Below, piece by piece: positions 15,444-34,456 of a stretch of DNA of 64,000 bases. Source of the DNA: Eledone cirrhosa (Eukaryota). Position 1 is the stretch's first letter, and the number at the start of each line of letters is the position of its first letter. The DNA is taken from contig OZ024757.1 in the NCBI GenBank assembly GCA_964016885.1, positions 14,074,001-14,138,000 on the forward strand, in the 5' to 3' direction. The translations under genes were made by a program, and so were the position numbers. The notes under the pieces were generated by a model that made no database searches, was not told the origin of the DNA, and saw only the letters and a list, made by a program, of their open reading frames with translations.

Positions 15444-16112
15444 CTACATTTTAAATTTATATTTATATTTAAACGTTGAGTTCAATCTATGTCTGCAGCA
15501 ACTGAATAAATTTCTCCTTAGATTAAGGGAACTTTTAGATTTTAATATAAAGAATATCTCCTCCACGCAGAGGTCACATGTCTCAGATGAGGAATTAAAA
15601 GGAATCCCTCTTGAGACTATATTCCAAAACAACGAATATCCAACGTTATCATGTTTAAGTTGCCAGAGTAAGCCTGATAGTGAAGTTGAAGATTTTTTGC
15701 CTGGATCTGTGAAAGAATTCTTATGATTATTATAGCGAAGTTTAAATTCTGTCGAGGTGGAACCAACATAGTTAAAAGAATTTAAGTCAGTTTTAACATT
15801 ACAATTGTATATTATATTTGTAACTAAGCAATTGTTATTTAACGGACATTTAGATTTATTTCTACAGTTACAGTTGTTTAATTGAATATTGTTTAGGCTA
15901 TTATCGGTATTTTGGCTAGGTTTTAGATTCCTATTATTTATTCTGTTAATATTTTGTGCTAAGTTTTTGGTGGACGAGTAAGTTAATTTTATAGTATGTC
16001 TATTAAAAATTGAGTGATATTTATGTGTTCTAGGGAAGCGTTTGTCAAGAGCATTAAAAAATAGTTTAGCAATGTGGGTTTTAATATTTAGTGAGAAAGA
16101 GGGGCAAACCAT
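15444..16112 (-). pseudogene. PLE GIY-YIG endonuclease domain
   Basis: CNCRNKSKCPL..CL..IIY...YVG...FKLRYNNH..SF...CDLC..E...LN...CCRH. Confidence 0.88.
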
Positions 16113-16272
16113 ATTATATTTCTAGTTCTATTTCTTTTCTGGCTTTTGGAATTATTGTAATGTTTTCTATTATAGTTGTTAAAGTTGTTACCGTAATTAA
16201 AATTGTTGTTATATTGGTTAGTTTGCCTATTATTATCGATGTACATAATTTTATCACTATATCCTGCTCTAT

Positions 16273-17132
16273 CTAACGCTTCATTGTAATACTGCGCTTT
16301 TTCGTCGAAAATATTTTTATTAGATGAAATTCTTGAGATACGTTCTTGAACAAGTTCACTATAGTATTTTTAACAGATCTGGGGTGATTAGAGTTAAAAC
16401 TGACATAATTCAAGTTTTCATTTAGCTTGTGAGATGGATAGTGAAGACATGTGTTGAGATTTAGTGTTACATCTAGGAAATTGACTATTCTATGGTTATT
16501 CTCTATTTCTATTTTTAGATTAAGGTAATTAAAAAATTGTATAATTTGTTTTCTTTTCCTATTTAGTTCAGAGTTATTATTTTCAATAAGTAAAAGCGTG
16601 TCATCACGATATAATCCTCCGGTTACACCAGGTATTTTTCTATGTAGCGAATTAATTATAAATAGGCCCACAAGGTCAGTTACCTGAGCTGAGTCTGATG
16701 ATCCCATAGTAATGTCGAAATTATTATCTCTATCTGCCCTAGTCCATAGTTGGTTATTAAATTCTATCAATGTTTTCCTTGCCGATAATATAATGTGCAT
16801 TTCATTGCTAGTTAGGTCTATATGTTTGAATGCGTAATTTAGAGCCTTATTTAGTAGATTAGGGGTAATAAATGAATAGTAGTTAGCAATATCTAGTTGA
16901 ATAAATTTATTATTATTGTTATATTTAATTTCTTTAAACCACTCAATAACCTCACTAGTTCCCTTCCACAAGTTTAAGTTAGGTAAAACATGTAAGTTTT
17001 TAACTTGCTGTATCACCCTGTCTAGAATGTTTTTGCTAAGTTTACCCAGGTCAGATTTTGATGGTGCAATCAATCTGACTGGCAAATCATTGCCAAAATT
17101 TCTTTTGTGATCTTTCATATTGATCTTGGGTT
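16273..17132 (-). pseudogene. PLE reverse transcriptase (truncated, frameshifted)
   Basis: KDHKRNF..RLIAPSKSDLG, DIANYY, MGSSDSA, LYRDD, NFLDVTL and SNHP motifs. Confidence 0.88.
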
Positions 17133-17212
17133 TCCAAACCAACTTTTTTAAATGGAAGTTGATCAATATTTTATGGTACGTCAAATTTATTTATAAAACT
17201 GCTTATATATTG

Positions 17213-17278
17213 TATTTTATCTGAAGAAGGCATGCCATATTTTTAATATGGTATCCCTGAAATATGTATAATGAAATA
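17213..17278 (+). ncRNA. Type I hammerhead in the inverted pLTR (mate at ~13982-14047 on - strand has GAAA>UAAA)
   Basis: UAUUUUAU-CUGAAGA-AGGcAUGCCAUAUU..AAUAUGGUAUcCCU-GAAA-UAUGUA-UA-AUGAAAUA. Confidence 0.82.
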
Positions 17279-17318
17279 AATATGGTTTTATAAATATAGT
17301 TTCCATTTGTTTAATATC

Positions 17319-21346
<4,028 letters not shown>

Positions 21347-21517
21347 ACCATGGCCCAGCACTATGTGTCCATAATTGTCACAAGTGTAGTGTTTCTACCA
21401 GAGTTTTCAAGTCGCTGGCTGGACTAAAAAGCCACACTCGTTCAGCGCATCAGTAGGGGTTCTCCTACATGGATATAAAGTAGTGCCCGTACTCGAAAAC
21501 GAGTTGGCAGCCACCAT
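21347..21517 (+). mobile_element. 3' end of an RTE-like LINE (C-terminal C2H2 finger); second copy at 22298-22467
   Basis: Consensus of the two copies translates [26 protein letters not shown], then ...ggcagccacc(TA)n. Confidence 0.6.
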
Positions 21518-21903
21518 ATATGTATATATATATGTATGTATATGTGTATATATATATATATATATGTATGTATATGTGTGTATATGTATGTATATATATA
21601 TGTATATGTATGTATATGTATGTGTATATATATATGTATGTATATGTGTGTATCTATGTATATGTATATATGTATGTATGTATGTATGTATATATGTATG
21701 TATGTGTATATGTATGTATATATATATGTGTATGTATATGTATGTATATTTGTATATGTGTATATATATATGTGTATGTATATGTATATATGTGTATATG
21801 TAAATATATATGTATGTGTATATATGTACGTGTATATGTATGTGTATATATCTATATATATATGTATGTATGTGTGTATATGTGTATATATGTGTATATG
21901 TAT

Positions 21904-21967
<64 letters not shown>

Positions 21968-22466
21968 TCAGGTCACTTTGGACATCCTGCAGGACTAAAA
22001 ACAAAACCTTTCAAAGGGCAAAGGAGCTCTTAAGAGTCAATGGCCATCCAAAATCACCGGGAGAGATGACCCCTTAGCCTTTGTCAAGGCAGAATTCTAG
22101 GAGAAGGAAAACTCTAACATAACACCTGTAACCCTGATGGTATCCAATGATGTTGACTTGTTCTTCTTTTTGGTAAATATCATCTTGGTTAAGAGAGTGG
22201 GACTGGCTTTGTGCAGTGCCTTTGTTCACTATAAAAGCTTCACGCCACAGGCATTGCTTTATATCTGGAGATCTCTCTGCACTTGTCGTCACATGGTACC
22301 ATGGGCCCAGCACTAGGTGTCAATAATTGTCACAAGTGTAGTATTTGTACCAGAGTTTTCAAGTCGCTTGCTGGACAAAAAGTCACACTCGTTCAGCACA
22401 TCGGTAGGGGTTCTCCTACATGGATATAAAGTAGTGGCCGTACTCGAAAACGAGTTGGCAGCCACC

Positions 22467-22497
<31 letters not shown>

Positions 22498-22508
22498 AAT
22501 ATATGTAC

Positions 22509-22542
<34 letters not shown>

Positions 22543-22548
22543 ATGTAC

Positions 22549-22606
<58 letters not shown>

Positions 22607-22616
22607 GTATATAATG

Positions 22617-22935
22617 ATTTTCATGATTTTTATTTTACGTCCGCTTTTCCCTGCTTGCAAGGGTGGGACGGGAACTGATTCTGGCTTGATTTCTACAGCT
22701 GGATGGCTTTCCTCCTTTACAGTGAGTGCTGGGTGCTTTTTTGCCGTGGCACCTCCACGCCCACTTTGCAGTGGAATGATATATATATATATCTCATTTC
22801 TACAGCTGAGTAAACTGGAGCAATGTGAAATAAAGTGTCTTGCTCAAGGAAACAACACATCACCCGGTCTGAGAATTGAACTCACAACCTTTCGATTGCA
22901 AGGCCAATGCTCTAACCACTAAGCCATGTGCCTCC
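22617..22935 (-). mobile_element. tRNA-derived CORE-type SINE (internally deleted)
   Basis: A box ggcttagtgg; CORE-like ccttgagcaagacactt; LINE-like (ATG)n tail. Confidence 0.75.
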
Positions 22936-23058
22936 ACTAATGTTTATGTATATATATGTACATATATATATATATATGTATATACATATATATGTATATG
23001 TATATATATATATGTACAGATATATGTACATATATATATGTATATATATATATGTATA

Positions 23059-23345
23059 TCTTATATATAAAGTGAAGATGGGCATTGTTTGGTGTTCCTA
23101 ACTTGCATGCTACACCGTTCATCCAATTTTCATGAAACCTCACACATATATAAAACTCAACGCGTAGAGTGGAATAGGCTACTTGGAAATTTCGAAAAAT
23201 CGATAATTGGGCCCCAGAAGCCAAAAATCGATATTTTCAAAAATCGATGCAACTCGACGCAAGTGTGTATTTTGATCCGGGGATAAACGTGCGCTACATT
23301 AAATTTTCGAAAAATCGATAATTGGATCACCAGAGGCAAAAATCA
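23059..23345 (+). mobile_element. Helitron 5' fragment
   Basis: A|TCTTATATATAAAGTGAAG start, same as 23881. Confidence 0.7.
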
Positions 23346-23498
23346 GGACAACTCTAACTTACTCTCTTTCCCTCTCTTCCACCTCACTGGCGCAGCCACA
23401 CCTCCTGCCTGCTGATAAAATACATAGATAGATAAACACACACATATATAGTGATGTTTATATGTATGTGTGTGTGTATATATATATATGTGAGTGTG

Positions 23499-23561
<63 letters not shown>

Positions 23562-23617
23562 GTATGTGTGTATGTGTATATACATACATATACATATATA
23601 TATATATATATATAGAT

Positions 23618-23770
<153 letters not shown>

Positions 23771-23811
23771 TACATATATATATACATATATATATATATA
23801 TACAAACACAC

Positions 23812-23880
<69 letters not shown>

Positions 23881-23883
<3 letters not shown>

Positions 23884-24978
23884 TATATATAAAGTGAAGA
23901 TGGGCATTGTTTGGTGTTCCCAACTTGCATGCTACACCGTTCATCCAATTTTCATGAAACCTCACACATATATAAAACTCAACGCGTAGACTGGAATAGA
24001 CTACTTGAAAATTTCGAAAAATCGATAATGAGGACCCCAGAAGCCAAAAATCGATGAAACTCGACGCAAGTGATTATTTTGATTCGGGGATAAACGTGCG
24101 CTACATTAAATTTTCGAAAAATCGATAATTGGTTCACCTCAGGATGCCGCCTCCATGCACTGTCAGCCACCATCCCCTCCTCGGCCCTTTCTTTTGCCTG
24201 ACCGCCGTGCTCCTTCAAGACTCCCATGGCTATCTGTGCCACATCAATTCCTTGCCACCCGCTTAAACGTCTGGTTATTGTTGCCTCATTTGATCACCGA
24301 TTTTCGCAGGTTAAACACAATACCAATGTGCACGATAGTCCATGGTAAATCTTTTTAATTACATGTTCTTGAGGCTGTTGCAAAGGGCAATAACCCTAGA
24401 CGCAATTTTGATCAACTTTTTTTCACATATAGCAAATTTACCGGGACAGGTCTTTAGCTACACAAATTTACTTCAGAGGTCACGTATTCATGTAAAAAAT
24501 CAATAAAACTGAAGCGGGGGTTCGACTTTCCGCAAAAAACAAGGCAAAGTTGCAGATGGGATAATTTTTTACAGGAACGTCCGATTTTCGTGAAAACTGT
24601 CGCAAATGATTCGTCCACTATGCCGCGATTCAGATAAAGTCCCTTTTATTTCTTCTTCTGCACATGTGAGCGCCAAAATTGTAAAAAAAAAAAAAAATTT
24701 GAAAAAACCGACTTTTTCACCCTGCTTTAAAAATCAACTGAAATTTCAATTTCAAGTTAATTTGACTTCCGTCAGTCTTGCAAAGAACAATTTCAACGAT
24801 ACCCTCTGAATCTACAATTGATCCATTATTTATGCTCAATTACACACCTGCGTATACTAACCTCTATTTTTTCCCTTGAGGTTCGAAGGTTTTTGCACCT
24901 GTGATGCGTGGGAAGTAACTTTCAAACATTTGACCAAAAGTCGACTTAGACCCGGGCAACGCCGGGTACTTCTGCTAG
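23881..24978 (+). mobile_element. Non-autonomous Helitron
   Basis: 5' A|TC; 3' hairpin ACCCGGgcaacgCCGGGT then CTAG|T; no TSD. Confidence 0.85.
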
Positions 24979-24979
24979 T

Positions 24980-27260
<2,281 letters not shown>

Positions 27261-28389
27261 AAATATGTAATGGTGGTGAGGAGGAGGTGTGGTGTTGTTT
27301 GGGTGAAGCTATCAACTGTCAAGCACTCATCAGGCGGTTGTGCTAAGTGTCAGCTGCAGCTCCCAGTCCTTATTACTACTGTGGTAATTACAGTGGACTT
27401 CTGTGGGGTGAGAGGAGGGGATGGGGTGGGGCGAAGGTAGGTGGGGGACGGCTAGGGGAGGGAGAAATAGTAAAGTGAGAACATAGTGGTGTTGATAGAT
27501 GGGTAGATAGACAGATAGATAGATATGAAGAGAGGGAATCAGAGTAAATGAGAATACAGAGAAAGCGGTATATATATATATCATCATCATCATCATCACC
27601 GTTTTACGTCAGTTCTTCTACGCTAGCATGGGTTAGACGGGTTGCCCTGTTGTGGGCAGTAGCCAGTCCACTGACCATGTCCTGCTCGTACAGGAACCTA
27701 TTCTGGTTTGATTTCTACAGCTGGATGCCCTTCCTAACACCAACCTCATTTACAGTGAGTGCTGGGTGCTTTTTTTTCTGTGGCCCCTACACGACCACTT
27801 TACAGTGTGGGCTGGGTGCTTTTTTGCCTGGTACCTCCACGACCACTTTGCAGTGGGAGGGGGTGGGGTCATATTGTCTATATGCTTCAGCTTCGGCTTG
27901 TACCCTTGGGAGGTTGGGTCTTATATATATATCCGTCCAACCCTTGCAAGCAGGGAAAAGTGGACGTAAAATGATGATGATGATGATATATAAATATCTA
28001 ATATTACCTATTGAGCACGCTGAGATGCAACTGGTGCTAGCAGTGAAACCCATGCTAGTCTCGTCAACTTATTATATATATATATATATATATGTGTGTG
28101 TCTGATGGTAGCTAAGATGCTTCCATAGGCGGTATGCCGGTTGAGCACTCTATGATCTTACAGAACAGAGTATGATAGAATAGAAAAGGAAAAATCAGTG
28201 ATGCATCTGAACTCAATAAACTGAGTTCTGATGCATCTCTGATATATCTATATATATATTTATATATATATATATGTATGTATCTATGTATGTTTATACA
28301 TGTATGTATGTATGTATGTATGTATAGATATATATTTGTATATAGATGCATGTATGTGTATATGCATGTTTATATATATATATATATAA

Positions 28390-28622
28390 CAAAGGAAATG
28401 TGGTAAGGAACCAGGTGGACCATAACGCACCAAAGTACTCTATACTTAGTGTAGTAGAGTGGGTAATAGGAACGAGTAGGACCCCGACGGCTGAGCTCAA
28501 GCCGTTTCGACGGCTAATTCTGGACTAAAATTTCGACGGCTAATTCTGGACTAATAATTTTTAGTCCAGAATTAGCCGTCGAAACGGCTTGAGCTCAGCC
28601 GTCGGGGTCCTACTCGTTCCTA
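28390..28622. mobile_element. Fold-back element carrying the 3' half of a hammerhead; sister copy 56468-56648
   Basis: Inverted arms; GAAA-CGGCU..AGCCG-UC-GGGG at 28581-28607. Confidence 0.65.
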
Positions 28623-29572
28623 TATATATATATATATATATCTATATATATGTATTCGTAAAATGCAGAGGGAGTATTGTATATATATAGCAGAGCAAGT
28701 CATACATAGACAGATGTGTAGTTAGATATATTTCAAACTGTTTGTAAAGTAATTTTCCGCTTTTAAATTTTGTTCCCTTTTTTTCCTTTCTGACTGTCAA
28801 CATGAAATATGGTTTATGGAGGATGGTTGTTGGGGCTGGTTGTGATGGTGGTGGTGGTTCTTGGAGTTGGTGGTGGTTCTTGGTGGTGGTGTTGGTGTTG
28901 CTGGTGTTGTTGTTGTTGGTTGTGGTGGTGTTGTCATTTGTGGTAGTGATGGTGACTGAGGGTTGTTGTTGGTTGTAATGGTGGTGGTTGTGTTGGTGGT
29001 TGTTGTTGCTGCTGGTGGTGGTGATGGTGTTGTTGTTGTTGGTGTTGGTGGTGGTGGTGGAAAATAGAATAGAGATATAATGCATCAGGGATGGTATGAA
29101 TTATGTGTTTCTGCAAATGAGAAGAGGAAATGACAGCTTCACCACCCTGCCACCACTACGTTGCTCCACCCCCCACCCATATACCCTGTTCCATCACCCA
29201 ACAGCACTTTGCTCTGTCCCACTTCACCCTGTTCCATTCCACTCACTACCAGACTCCACTACCCTTCTCCATCCTACTTCACCATCCAATGCCACCCTGT
29301 TTCACCCCCACCATCATTCTCCACCCCCAGTCCACCAACTGACACCACACCTTTCTCTACCCTACCCTACACCACCACCGTCATTTGGTTAAAATAAAAT
29401 CAACATTTCTAAATTGAAGAGAAAAGAGAAAAAAATGAAATATTAACGAGATATGCCTCATCCCCAGTCTCCCCCCCCCCCATCCTTAATCCCTCTCCCG
29501 TCCCCAGTCCGGCTGAGAACCGACTAGAGTGCAGGAGTGTATCAAGATTTTTCAAGGAATTTAGTAAACTAA

Positions 29573-29765
29573 CTCCCATATATACTCAAATATAAGCTGA
29601 GGAATATGTAGCCAAAAAAATCAATAGTAAAGTGTGAGGTCAGTTTATATTCACCATCTAAACATACGTAGATTTGCTACCTTAGCTTATAAATGGGGTT
29701 TGAATTTTTACCCATTTCTCAGACATAAAATAGTGGGGTCGGCTTATATTCAAGTATTTACGGTA
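29573..29765. mobile_element. Degenerate Tc1/mariner (pogo-like) MITE
   Basis: Imperfect TIRs atatatactcaaatataagctga / tcggcttatattcaagtatttacggta. Confidence 0.5.
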
Positions 29766-30037
29766 ATTCTTTTTCATTATTTGTCTATGCTTTCCAGCAT
29801 AGATTTATGTCCCTTTACGGTCTGAGTTCAAATCCCGCTGAATTTAACTTTGCCTTTCATCCTTACCGGGTCAATAAAATAAAGCACCAGTAACGTACTG
29901 GGGGCGATTTAATCGACTTTCCCCTCCCCCCAAATTACCTTTGCTAGCAGAGAAAGCAGATGTTAAAACAACAATGATGGTGAAAATATTGTTTTGTTTT
30001 GTCATTTATTTCTAAATAGTTTTGTGGTGGTTTCGGG

Positions 30038-30892
30038 CAGCTTGGTATCAAAAGGGTTAAACCACACCCTCCCAGACAGCTTGGTATCAAAAGGGTTAAA
30101 CCACACCCTCTCAGACAGCTTGATTTCAAAAGGGTTAAACCACAGCCTCCCAGACAGCTTGGTATCAAATGAAATAAACCACACCCCCTCAAAGAGGTTG
30201 GTATCAAAAGGGTTAAACCACACCCTCCCAGACAGCTTGGTATCAAATGAAATAAACCACACCCCCTCAAAGAGGTTGGTATCAAAAGGGTTAAACCACA
30301 CCCTCCCAGACAGCTTGGTATCAAATGAAATAAACCACACACCCTCAAAGAAGTTGGTATCAAAAGGGTTAAACCACACCCTCCCAGACAGCTTGGTATC
30401 AAATGAAATAAACCACACCCCCTCAAAGAGGTTGGTATCAAAAGGGTTAAACCACACCCTCCCAGACAGCTTGGTATCAAATGAATTAAACCACACCCCC
30501 TCAAAGAGGTTGGTATCAAAAGGGTTAAACCACACCCTCCCAGACAGCTTGGTATCAAATGAAATAAACCACACCCCCTCAAAGAGGTTGGTATCAAAAG
30601 GGTTAAACCACACCCTCCCAGACAGCTTGGTATCAAATGAAATAAACCACACCCCCTCAAAGAGGTTGGTATCAAAAGGGTTAAACCACACCCTCCCAGA
30701 CAGCTTGGTATCAAATGAAATAAACCACACACCCTCAAAGAAGTTGGTATCAAAAGGGTTAAACCACACCCTCCCAGACAGCTTGGTATCAAATGAATTA
30801 AACCATACCCCCTCAAAGAGGTTGGTATCAAAAGGGTTAAACCACACCCTCCGGCAAGTAGGGTTAAACCACACCCTCTCAGACAGCTTGGT
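30038..30892. repeat. 39-bp minisatellite with 78-bp dimeric higher-order unit
   Basis: cagcttggtatcaaatgaaataaaccacaccccctcaaa alternating with gaggttggtatcaaaagggttaaaccacaccctcccaga. Confidence 0.93.
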
Positions 30893-31104
30893 TAACACAC
30901 ACCCTATCAGCCATCATGAAAGAAGATAACTAAGATTATAATTGGATAATATATTTATAATATAAGATAGACAATGAAACACATAGGGTAAAACAAACAA
31001 CAGCAAAGACACATACATGAGAAGTTTAGCTGGGAAACTAAACTTGTTTGTTTTAATAGTATCAAGATGTATTTTTTTTTTGATAGATTAATGAATAGTA
31101 ATAA

Positions 31105-32260
31105 TAATTTCTACATTTGGTTCTAGGCCAGCAAGTTGAAGGGGAAAGTCAATTAAATCAACCCAAGTGTGTTACTGGTACTTTATTTTATTGACCCCGT
31201 AAGGATGAAATGCAAAGCTAACCTCGGTGAGATTAATGATTAAATCGACCCCAGTACATTACTGGTACTTTATTTTATTGACCCCATAAGGATGAAATGC
31301 AAAACTAACCTCGGTGAGATTAATGATTAAATCGACCCCAGTACATTACTGGTACTTTATTTTATTGACCCCGTAAGGATGAAATGCAAAGCTAACCTCG
31401 GTGAGATTAATGATTAAATCGACCCCAGTACATTACTGGTACTTTATTTTATTGACCCCGTAAGGATGAAATGCAAAGCTAACCTCGGTGAGATTAATGA
31501 TTAAATCGACCCCAGTACATTACTGGTACTTTATTTTATCGACTCCAGGAAGATGAAAGGCGAAGCTAACCTCGGTGAGATTAATGATTAAATCGACCCC
31601 AGTACATTACTGGTACTTTATTTTATCGACTCCAGGAAGATGAAAGGCGAAGCTAACCTCGGTGAGATTAATGATTAAATCGACCCCAGTACATTACTGG
31701 TACTTTATTTTATCGACTCCAGGAAGATGAAAGGCGAAGCTAACCTCGGCAGGATTTGAACTTAGAATGTAAAGGGCCGTAACTTTATGCTGTGAAGCAT
31801 GGTGTCCAACGCTCGACTGATACTGCCAATCCCCGCCTAATAATTGTTTCTACTTCTGGCACAAGGTCAACAATTATCTCAGTGTATTACTGGTACTTTA
31901 TTTTATCGACCCCGTAAGGATGAAAGGCAAAGTTAACCTCGGTGGATTTGAACTCAGAATGCAAAGGGCCATAGCTCCATGCTACAAAGCATGGCGTCTG
32001 ATGCTGTGCCAATTGTTTTCAACATTAGCACAAGGCCAGTAATTTGTGGGAGAGGAAAGTCGATTAAATCAATCGCAGTACTTGACTGGTACTTTATTTG
32101 ATCAACTTGAGAAGGATGAAAGGTAAAGATGACATCGATACGATGATAAAAATAATAATTGTTTCTACTTTAGGCACAAGGCCAGCAATTACCCAGTGCA
32201 TTACTGGTACTTTATTTTATCGACCCCGTAAGGATGAAAGGCAAAGTTAACCTCGGAATA
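31105..32260 (-). mobile_element. Cluster of Meta-type SINEs, including ~7 tandem 87-bp copies of the SINE core
   Basis: Reverse complement of gcctttcatccttacggggtcgataaaataaagtaccag; period 87 (31231, 31318...). Confidence 0.75.
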
Positions 32261-32489
32261 ATAACAAGAGATTATATGTACAAGATTTAGTTTTAAAAAA
32301 TGAAAACATTATTAGATTAACATTGAAGTCTTGTCCCTCCCCCCACTCCTCAGCAAAAAAAAATACTTTAAAAAAATTTCAACGACAAAGAAGTAAAAAA
32401 AAAAAAAAAAATTATGAAATGACATTAAGAAAACTTATTTTTTAGTTTAAAAAAATCACTGAGTGGACATTTGAGTTGTTCTTTGTGAG

Positions 32490-33200
32490 CCACAGACCTC
32501 TTCAAATGTTTGTTTGTAACATATATAATATAGACATGTGGTCTTCCGACCTTTTCAAATGTTTATTTGTAAGACATATATAACATAAACATGTGGGTCT
32601 CAGACCTTTTCAAATGTTTATTTGTAAGACATATATAACAGACATGTGGGTCTCAGACCTTTTCAAATGTTTATTTGTAAGACATATATAACATACACAT
32701 GTGGGTCTCAGACCTTTTCAAATGTTTATTTGTAAGACATATATAACAGACATGTGGGTCTCAGACCTTTTCAAATGTTTATTTGTAAGACATATATAAC
32801 ATACACATGTGGGTCTCAGACCTTTTCAAATGTTTATTTGTAAGACATATATAACAGACATGTGGGTCTCAGACCTTTTCAAATGTTTATTTGTAAGACA
32901 TATATAACATACACATGTGGGTCTCAGACCTTTTCAAATGCTTATATGTTAGATATAATGTACATGTGGGTCTCAGACCTTTTCAAATGCTTATATGTTA
33001 GATATAATGTACATGTGGGCCTCAGACCTTTTCAAATGCTTATATGTTAGATATAATGTACATGTGGGTCTCAGACCTTTTCAAATGCTTATATATTAGA
33101 TATAATGTACATGTGGGTCTCAGACCTTTTCAAATGCTTATATGTTAGATATAATGTACATGTGGGCCAGTGTTCTCTGACCTCTTTAAATGTTTATATG
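32490..33200. repeat. Minisatellite with alternating 53/55-bp units, then 49-bp units
   Basis: catgtgggtctcagaccttttcaaatg at 32590, 32643, 32698, 32751, 32806, 32859, 32914, 32963, 33012, 33061. Confidence 0.92.
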
Positions 33201-33263
33201 TAAGATATAATATATACACAATATTAGAAAAAATCAAGGATATGAAATTATATTTATTCCTTC

Positions 33264-33312
<49 letters not shown>

Positions 33313-33321
33313 AACCAACAT

Positions 33322-33420
<99 letters not shown>

Positions 33421-33431
33421 GTGTGTGTAAC

Positions 33432-33498
<67 letters not shown>

Positions 33499-33905
33499 CA
33501 TACATACATTCATACACACATACATGTATATAGCCCTATTTGAAAGTGGAAGAAAGTACAATCAGTTGACTCAACACCAGTGTATTACAGATATGTTTCA
33601 TTTGTCCATTATTGAATTGATTCCAGGAGTTCCAGAAGTGATATAAGGTAGATATTAACATTCACCATAAGCTCAGTTTGAACTACACACTGTTACTCTC
33701 TATACTATGATTGTTAGTGCTGAAGATGTGACAGACATATTGAAATCTTTGCTAACCTCCCTTGATTTGGGGAGACATATTGGATTGTTTAGTTTTTTTG
33801 TTGTTGTTTCAGGCTAAGGAGAGGCCTTGAGCTAGGCACTACAAGTTAGTGAAACATTTTATGTTATATATATATATATATATATAAATATATGTATATA
33901 TATAA

Positions 33906-33987
<82 letters not shown>

Positions 33988-34399
33988 TTTACATTCATTT
34001 CATTTATTGATTTATTGATAATTTATCTGAGTGTCCCGAATCTTCCATATCGAACTTATCGGTTATTTGGTTGATTGTAGACATATTCTACGTGTGACGG
34101 TATTTAACGATAGTTATAGCTCTAATTTATTTGAATTATAGAGCCCTCTGCCGCTCATCTCGAATTTTGTTTATCGTGAACTCGTGCGCCGATTTTTCGA
34201 TACTCGATTATTCTACTATATATATATATATATATAGAAATGGCTTCTACAGGACTAGAACTGTTCCATTCGAAGGAAATCATCTGCTATGTATTGAGTA
34301 CTTTACTTACTGTGGTTACCCCTGATTGAACCAGGGATACACACACACACACACAGACAGACGCCTACACACACACAGACGCACAAACACACACACATA

Positions 34400-34436
<37 letters not shown>

Positions 34437-34456
34437 ATTTTTGTATCTGTTATCAT

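Larger units (their letters stand above)
13850..17320 (-). mobile_element. 5'-truncated Penelope-like retroelement (probably Naiad-type) with inverted partial pLTR
   Basis: RT plus GIY-YIG on - strand; 17133-17320 is the reverse complement of ~13939-14126; flanked by (TA)n. Confidence 0.88.

Noticed and set aside
17133-17184. N-terminus of the 303-aa RT ORF
   Set aside because: Lies in the inverted pLTR; fortuitous in-frame read-through
29944-30929. ~300-aa Cys/Gly/Leu repeat ORFs
   Set aside because: 39-bp minisatellite open in several frames on both strands
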